A stretch of DNA of 44,987 nucleotides, filler included, from Jimgerdemannia flammicorona (taxonomy: Eukaryota), in assembly GCA_003990765.1 (NCBI GenBank). It is 2 parts of 2 records of this genome, joined end to end, with 100 filler letters (N's around TTAATTAATTAA, not from the genome) between each part and the next. Parts side by side here need not be neighbours in the genome. Positions count along the whole stretch, not along the records: positions 22,545 to 44,987 come from RBNJ01001281.1; 1 more part is not named here. The stretch is one strand, 5' to 3'. Made by a program: the position numbers and the translations under genes. Within the stretch, counting starts at the first letter, position 1, and each line of letters opens with the position of its first letter. Positions 37,846 to 44,987 of this stretch are shown here, piece after piece. The notes under the pieces were generated by a model. It was not told where the DNA came from, made no database searches, and saw only the letters and a program-made list of their open reading frames with translations.

Positions 37846-39830
37846 CCACTGGTCCCAGGCCTTGATGAGCCTATCATCTATTGTGAGTGTGATGACTATT
37901 GTTTCCAAGCTCTCCTCGAAGGCAATAGTACTATGGTGGTCATGTGGTTGGAAGAGGACAGCCATGTTGGCTGCAAACAGAACCCTGAAACTATAGGTGA
38001 GGTCATATCAGACTCTGCCACTATCCTCTCAGGTTGGGCCCTTCCTTTCTAAGACATAAAATATTACCAGGGTGACATTGTTATCTGTATGTGTGGGCAG
38101 AGAAAGGTTGTGCCTGACATATCCTGATATGATGTAAGCATACGGTTGGGTGAACCCTTGGCCCAGGACTTCATACTACCAGACTGTACTGGTGGATGTC
38201 TGCCCTTGGTCTAGCCCTGGGAGCTCTGGCTTAGAAACCTGCCAAAATGGATAGTAACCAGTTAGTCCTTTTTGCATGCAGGGGGGCAGAAATCCTCCAG
38301 GCCACAGAAACCCCCCAGACTATAGCACCTCAAAAAAGCAGAGCTTCTCACCTCATATGGCATGCTAAATTGTACCAAGAATATATATACAGCCATGTTG
38401 AGATCACCACCAAGCTGGTCTGCCATATACTCTACCAATCTACTCAAAGAACCCCAGATCATAGCTGCTATCACCACACAGGCCATGTCATGCTTGTATG
38501 CAGTTTGCTCTTTGACAGTACTTCTAAAGTTCCAGTAGAGATACAGAATTTTGTGTATTTCTGGATTTGTATCAAAAAGAGTATGTCAGTGAAGAGTGTG
38601 ATTTATCTGGAGAGAAGTAAAAAAAAAAGGAAGATAAGTGTGGGGGATTTTGGAACTCCAGAACCCACTCTTCACCAGTGTTGTAGTATATCCAATTCCC
38701 ATCCAAACCCCTTCTCCTTGCTTTTTTTGCCCTCTCTTTTCTGCCACCTGGTATTTGATGCAATCCTTGCAAATCTTGTTGATATAGTGGTGAAGCTCAT
38801 TGCTGTAGAGATTCCTTACCACCATTGTAACCACCTCTCCATGTTCATTAATAAAGATATAGTTCTCTTTATTATTGATTACTCCTGCTGGCCAATAGAC
38901 CCCTTGATCGAGAATGATTGACTCTGATTTGAATGTAGACCCCCAAGCCTTGATGACAATACTGGTACTACTCATGCTGAACATCTTGCCCTCAAATTTC
39001 TCTATTTGATTAGATGCCAGACATGGTTGAACTTGGGTAACTTTGAACTCTCCTTTCTAATAGAACTGAGCCTTGATCTGAGGTACCAAGATAAGTGTAC
39101 AGATAGGTTATGTGCAGATGAGTTGTGTGTGGACAGATTGTATGTGGGCAAGTTATATGTGGGTGGGTTGTATGTAGGTGTGGGTGTTTTTTAGAGGGAG
39201 ACCATATAAAAAATAAAATGAAATAAAATATAGAAATAGGTATTTCAGAAAAAGAGTATGAGTGAGTGAGTAAGTGAGTGAGTTGTATACTGACAAGTTG
39301 CATACCAATGAGTTGCATGAGTTATACAAGATTGCTCATGAAGGCTTGCTTCTGTTCCTTTTGAGACCTCTGCCATACAATGCATTGACTCAACAGCTCA
39401 GCCACCAAAGGCATGCCCTGCAATGTCCTCCAACCTTTCTTCATCTTGATCAGATATTGCAAATAAAGTCAGCAGATCTCACCATAAAGCTATGGACTCT
39501 AAGAAGAGCATAAGGTGAATCAGGTTGTACTGGGGGAATTTAAATAAGTAAAAAGTAGTGGCAGAAAAGAGCAATCTATATCTACTACTGGCTGCTCCAA
39601 AAAGGCTGCCACATACATAGCTATGAGATCTGTGAATTCTAAGGTCTGAAGGACTGCTGTGAGTTGTTGCTGGAATTCACCCTCATTTCCACCATCACCA
39701 CCACCATCACTCCTTTGGCTCTCAATAAGCAGCTTGTGTGCTGCCCATATGAGAAATAATCTAATATTGTCAGTAGAGAGTATGTTTCTACCTTGAATAC
39801 TCCCTCTTTTGATAATTATTGCAGGGTGAA
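37828..39830 (-). pseudogene. putative TET/JBP-like 2OG-Fe(II) dioxygenase, spliced, decayed
   Basis: NYIFINEHGEVVTMVVRNLY...KRG...GVWMGIGY (ORF 38586..38984); probable intron ending at 38561; then YIISGYVRHNLSLPTHTDNN (HxD at 38083-38091), SGRV*YDLTYSFRVLFAANMAVLFQPHDHHST (distal His at 37933-37938), TIVITLTIDDRLIKAW, stop at 37828. The 5' limit is approximate. Confidence 0.6.
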
Positions 39831-40030
39831 AAATGAGTAGACTGGACCAATGTACAAATTAAGGGCTGCTGTTTTGTTTGCTTATAGTATAGCAGGAAAG
39901 AACAAAGAAAAAGAACAAAGAAAAGAGAGGGAACAAAAGAAAGGGTGATGTCATCAAAGTGTAGCAGGAAAAAAAAACAAGAGCAAAATGAATAAAAGAA
40001 AGGGTGATGTCACTAAAGATTTCAATCTAG

Positions 40031-41565
40031 TGTAATAGTGACCTCAGAATGATGACATCAGCACAGGAGACAGCCTTTCTTTATAAGCCACCAGATCAGA
40101 GTACAAGAAGATTATACGGCATATGAGATAAGCAATGATGACCAACTGTGAGTCATTGTGACCACAGTACAAGCATCCTGAAGAATACAAAAGAAGGATC
40201 AAGGAACTGCAGTAGCAGCAACCAATAAGAACCACCAATCCCAAAATAGCTCAAAGACTTACCACAAACAAAATACCTGCTGCCTGCCAAACCTCAAGGT
40301 CAAGGAATCATCAAGGTATCTCAGTCGAGAAAAGGATGTTCCAAGACATCAGAAGAGCCATGAGGACCTGCTCAAGAAGGACTCCTAGTGTCAACCTGGG
40401 TACTGCAGACCCCTATCACTTCATTCTCTACTACCGCGAAATGGAAACAAGGATCACCATTGCCACTGAATGTCTCCAAATATGGCAGGAATATGAAATA
40501 GGAAACCTCCTCTGCTGGGAGTTCCCATAGGCCAGCCCTCAAGAGCTATAAGATGCCACTCCTATGGACCTATGTGAGGCAAGAACAGCAAAGAAGATCC
40601 ATCAGATCTTCAGACATGCACCATGGTCAATCCCCAACTTGGAGTATGTTAGAGTCTCAGACTTCAGAGACCTGTCATCCCACCGTATCAATGCACTAGA
40701 AGCCAGGGTAGCCACAGAAGCCCAGTCCACTATCACTCTCAACAGCAAAGAAGTAGAAGACTTCTAGCACCTTATCCTTCAGGACAACCCAGACCAATTC
40801 CTGCAAGGATTGATCTCAGTATTCCAAGGCCCAAGCATCCGGGTTAGATCTCCCCAAGACCTCACATTTGTCCTCTATTTTGTGGAAGAGAACCTCATAA
40901 ACTGGAGAGCTCCAGATCTTGTCCCCGATTTCCCTGCCAAATGTGATGATGTCATCGGTGATGACGTCATCCCACATGACATACCTGAAGCATGCGAAGA
41001 ACACAAAATGCGTGACAACGAAGTATGCGAGACGCGTGGCCTGCACAACGAATTCGCAGACCTCATCTCCTTCAGTGATGATGATGATGAAGCTCCCATG
41101 GTCCTGAACTTTCTGCTCTAAGTTCTTTGTTACACTGGATAATGCCAGCACCAGTATTCTCATGTAACACTGGATAATACTAGCACCAGTATTCTGAGGT
41201 GATGCAAAATTATTCCAGTACTGGCATTTTGATGTGATACTGGATAATGTCAGCCCTGGAACTTAGTAGTTTTAGTTATTAGAATTTATATTTAGCTTTA
41301 TATCTTAGCAACCATTGAATTATATTTTGTATAAATACCTCTCTTATTTCTTCTGAAATAAAGTCAGTCAAGTTCACTTATACATACTTCCTTGCAAGCA
41401 ATCTAAGAGATAACAAGACAGTTAAAGATAAGAAGTTTGAGAACTATAAGATCTTGGGAAGGCACTCCAATAAGAACTTGCTTATAACAAACTTGAGTTA
41501 GTCTAAGAGATATACCTTGAAGAGAATCTGGCATATTTGAAGGACTCAGCGACCACTACGTGACA
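40031..41565 (+). repeat. probable 5' LTR of element D (~1.5 kb)
   Basis: Right end is fixed by the PBS. TATAAATA ~41330, AATAAA ~41357, ~35-bp repeats (ACACTGGATAAT..CAGCACCAGTATTCT) at 41128-41255. No second LTR in the window to confirm the start. Confidence 0.55.
40042..41121 (+). pseudogene. decayed ~360-codon ORF of unknown function within the probable LTR of element D
   Basis: ORFs 40336..40530, 40564..40767 and 40810..41121 share one frame that extends back to ~40042; the isolated stops are compatible with single C-to-T or G-to-A changes; acidic C-terminus. Confidence 0.65.
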
Positions 41566-41568
41566 ACT

Positions 41569-41586
41569 TGGTGCCCATTGGCTGGT
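41569..41586 (+). promoter_or_regulatory. primer-binding site of element D
   Basis: GTGACA-ACT-TGGTGCCCATTGGCTGGT. Confidence 0.85.
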
Positions 41587-41685
41587 GATTCAAGATGAAT
41601 CCCTCACTTTTAAGCTGAAAAACGAACAACCCCCACAACAACTACCCTGACTACAAGAGTCACTCCTGTAAGAATTCAAGACAAG

Positions 41686-43438
41686 ATGGAAATGTGTCCC
41701 CCTACATTCTATGGATATATTACTGAAGAGTCAATCCTGACCTTCATTGAAGACTTTGAACAATTCGCTGCCATACGAGCCCTTGGTGTGGATGCTCAAT
41801 TGGCCCTTCTACCAGTCAGCCTCAGAGAACCTGCCAGAGACAAGTTCAATGTAGCCACTATTGCTGATGCTGGTGCAGCCAAACTTGCCAACATGAAGGC
41901 CTTCCTCAGAACAATATATTATACTGAAGAGATCAAGCAAGCTCTCAAGGATCAACTCAATACTATCTGCCAGGGACTTAGTGAAGATCCCAACTCATTC
42001 TATATCTGAATTTGCCACCAGATTGTCTTGGCTGGCTATGATGATTGCCTCAAGAAATAAATAGCAGATTCAACCTTCCTCAAAGGAGTTCACCCTGAAA
42101 TTGCCCTAGCAATCTGGTCTACCCCAGCTGCACTGACCTTTGATCAGAAAGTGGTCTTTGCACAGAGATATTGGACTGCCAGACACCCTGCCGAACACTC
42201 AATAGAGAAAATAACTGGCATCAAGATGGAGCCATCAAAGCCAACTAGTATCTTACCTACCACAGTTGTAAACAGACAACTAACCCCACCTACCCCCAAG
42301 ACAGCCAAAGCTAACCCAGTGGAAGAACTTGCCAAGCAGTTCACCAAGATGACTGCACACCTTGGTGATGTTGTTAGAGAAGTCCGAAGTGCCAACAGGA
42401 GACCAGTGCAGAGATTTGCAGCTGCTACAGAAGAACACAATAACATCACATGCTTCAGATGTGGAGAAGAAGGCCACTATGCAAAGAATTGCATGACCGA
42501 AACCAGATGCAAAGCCCAACCAAGCAATGCTAGCAGAACTAGAGAACAAACCAATACAGTAGTCATTGAGGAGATTGGTGACACTGATGATGAAGAGTAT
42601 TATGAGGAGCTCGAATTCTACCCTGCTACTGAAGGTACCAGAACCTGGTCCAAGCCCTATGACAAGAAGAGCAACAACAAGCCAGTTGGAAGACCAAAAA
42701 AGACTCCAGCTGTCACTATTCAAAGCAAGACCCAACACGAGAAGATTGATCAAGACATGGAGTTAGACAAGGCCACCTGCCAAATCATCGAAGGTACTAC
42801 TTCAGTCTCAAGAGAAAGCGAGAGCAAGAAGGAACAGAAGCTGTGCAAGACCAAGATCCACCAGTATGACATCTACAAGGACCTCAAGGAACAGAAGGTC
42901 AATGCCACTTTTGGGCAGCTAGCTGAAGTCCCTGCCTTCAGACAGCAGTTGAGAGTAGGACTTGCAACTACTGTCAAGAATCAAGAGTACAAGATTGTAG
43001 AAGCTCACAATGCACAAGAAGAATCTGAGAACTCAGGTGAAGAATCCAAAGACCAGCACAAGACATCAGCCTATACCCCCTGCCAGATCGAAGACTGTAT
43101 CTTTGATGCCATCATTGATACTGGTGCTAGAGGATGCCTTATGAGCAAGAAGGCAATTGACCGCCTAGGTTGGGACATTGAAGAGTCCACCAAAATGGTC
43201 TATGTCACAGCAGACAGTACACGAGCTACCCCCTTTGGCAAAATCCAAGAAGTCCCCATCAAGATAGGAGGAGCTACCATCCCAGTAGATATGATTGTTA
43301 CAAGTACCATCAACTATGACATTCTCATTGGCAACCAATGGCTTCATAATCATTGACTTTAATGTCCAGAAGATGCAGATCAACTACAGAGGGAGAAAGG
43401 TACGAGTTTCTATCAATGTCCACAAAGGAGTCCTGCCA
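41686..43438 (+). pseudogene. gag-protease of element D
   Basis: MEMCPPTFYG start, CFRCGEEGHYAKNC knuckle, AIIDTGARG, DILIGNQWL; stops at 42007 and ~42058 and a frameshift near 43355. Confidence 0.93.
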
Positions 43439-44987
43439 TACTCATATTGTATGCCCTTTCCCTGGAGCCGCTCCTGGACAGGATTCGGCGTAAGATTGGA
43501 GGTTTGGACATTTTAGGAGTGAACTGGAAGGTGGGGGCCTTTGCTGATGATATGGTGGTCAGACTGGGTTCCTTGGGGGATGTTGGAGAGTTGCAGAGGA
43601 CAGTGGAATGGTATGAGCAGGGTTCTGGTGCTAAACTGAACTGGCACAAATGTGAGATGCTGGTGCTGGGCACTGGAATTGTTGGAGGCGATGTTATTGG
43701 AACAGTGGTTCTGGCTGGTGAACCAGTGTGCTACTTGGGGATCTACTTCTCGGTGTTTGGATCTCTTCTTCCCTGGGCATGGTGGGACCATAAACTGCTG
43801 GAGTGGGGCGATGTCTTGATGCGATGGGGAGGCCGGCATATGTTCCTTGCCGGAAGGGTGATGGTGTTTAATGTGTACTGGATGCCGAAGCTGTGGTATA
43901 TTGGATATCATTTGGATTTTCCACCATGGGTGGTTAAGGGGCTGTTGAAGATGGCAAGGTCATAGATTTGGGGAGGGCGGTGGAGCCAGGTTGGTTGGGA
44001 GGTACTCACACTGCTCTTGGAAAGAGGTGGACTGGGCTTAGTGGACTTTACTAAGTGGCTTTTATGTCTGAGGGCCTGGTGGCTAAGGAGGGTGAGTGAG
44101 CTTAGAGGTCGAGAGTGGGTGCCACTCATGCAGAGGTTATGGGAGGTTCGATACTCCCCACGTGGTGGCTCTGGTGACCTGCTTGCAATGGTGGCTATGG
44201 AAGGGAGCCAGAGGATGCGGTTTACAGGCTTTTGGTGGGGAGCGGTGGATGGTGCTAAGAAAATCGGCCTTCGGTGGCGAGGTGATGAGGCCGAGGAGGT
44301 TTGGGGACCACAGATGTGGAGATGGGACAGGCTTCTATTGGGTGGTGTTCTGGTGGAGGACTTTCAGCTTGGTGAGGGTCTGGAGTGCCTGCGAGGCCTA
44401 GGTGGTGACCTGTGGCCTGAAGCCTGGCAGAGGGTTGGAATCGGGGAAGAGTGGGATTGGAATGGGCTCTGGCTTTGGAGCAAACGGGTGAGGCAGTGGC
44501 TGCCCCCCAAGTTCTAGTTGGCATGGTGGCAGATCCTATGGCGGAATGTGATGCTGAACTATTGGTCTGGTCACTTGGTAGACGGTGGGGTACTCGAGTG
44601 TGAGAATTGTTTCAATGCTGGTCAAGAGGGAGAATTGGTACAAATGCCTGAACATTGGCTTGGTGAGTGTGAGGTTTTGGGGGAGTTCTGGAGATATATA
44701 ATGGGCAGGTTAGGGTTGGGAGCTGGGGGAGGGGAGGGGGGGGGGAGATGGAGAGAGCTTCGCCGGCGATTAGTGGGTGGGGTCGGGGATGAATGGCTGA
44801 CCCTTGGCTGGGCCTTGGCTATGTGGGTTGGGTTGGCAGGGCATTGGGTGTATGTATTTGAGGACGGGCATTGGGTTGGGGTTGGGGAAAAGGTGGCACA
44901 GTGGGAATGGTTGCTGTTGGACATTTTGAATAGTTGGTGGTGGGGTTGGGGTATGGGTGGGGGGTACCACAGAGGTTTGGTGCAGTA
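43439..44987 (+). mobile_element. LINE copy 5 (5'-truncated, youngest, CpGs largely retained; runs off the window)
   Basis: LYALSLEPLL, GAFADDMVV, GAKLNWHKC, YLGI, ERGGLGL and C-terminal CENC...EHWLGEC in one frame with only two TAG stops (43963, 44515). Confidence 0.95.

Larger units (their letters stand above)
27577..40030 (+). mobile_element. large hAT DNA transposon (left TIR seen, right end not found in the window), containing Gypsy A
   Basis: Starts TAGTACTCTAAATGAGTC, similar to the MITE TIR, exactly where LINE 4 breaks; subterminal repeat array; transposase pseudogene downstream. Extent beyond 36778 is inferred. Confidence 0.65.
40031..43438 (+). mobile_element. Ty3/Gypsy element D, sister of A (5' part; interrupted by LINE copy 5)
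   Basis: LTR end GTGACA (41565), PBS and leader near-identical to A, gag and protease homologous to A. The left boundary TGTAATAGTG (40031) is inferred. Confidence 0.88.

Noticed and set aside
38247..38921. 224-aa plus-strand ORF
   Set aside because: Antisense to the TET-like exons and reads through their intron; no motif recognised.
39085..39325. His/Thr/Pro-rich ORF 39010..39318
   Set aside because: Derived from ~15-bp tandem repeats; cannot tell whether it is exon or intron of the TET-like gene.
1..44987. Specific organism assignment; tRNA or rRNA genes
   Set aside because: The content suggests a fungus with methylated repeats but is not diagnostic of a taxon; only PBS-length tRNA complements were seen.

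Overview
Eukaryotic, most likely fungal, repeat-rich DNA made almost entirely of nested, C-to-T-decayed transposons. A 100-bp artificial linker (22445-22544) joins two pieces that may not be adjacent in the genome. Contents: five copies plus one 34-bp micro-copy of an L1/Tx1-like LINE; four Ty3/Gypsy LTR elements, three with a visible dUTPase in two different positions of the polyprotein; a large hAT transposon with an intron-containing transposase pseudogene; two related foldback MITEs; and one host-type gene for a small secreted Cys-rich CBM52-like protein. Most interesting signals: (1) a spliced TET/JBP-like 2OG-Fe(II) dioxygenase pseudogene convergent with the hAT transposase and apparently inside the element; (2) a ~180-bp piece of that hAT transposase family captured in a Gypsy LTR; (3) an unnamed Cys/His mini-domain accompanying dUTPase in three Gypsy families in different orders; (4) a ~360-codon decayed ORF inside another probable LTR. 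All calls come from manual reading and translation; no searches were run.
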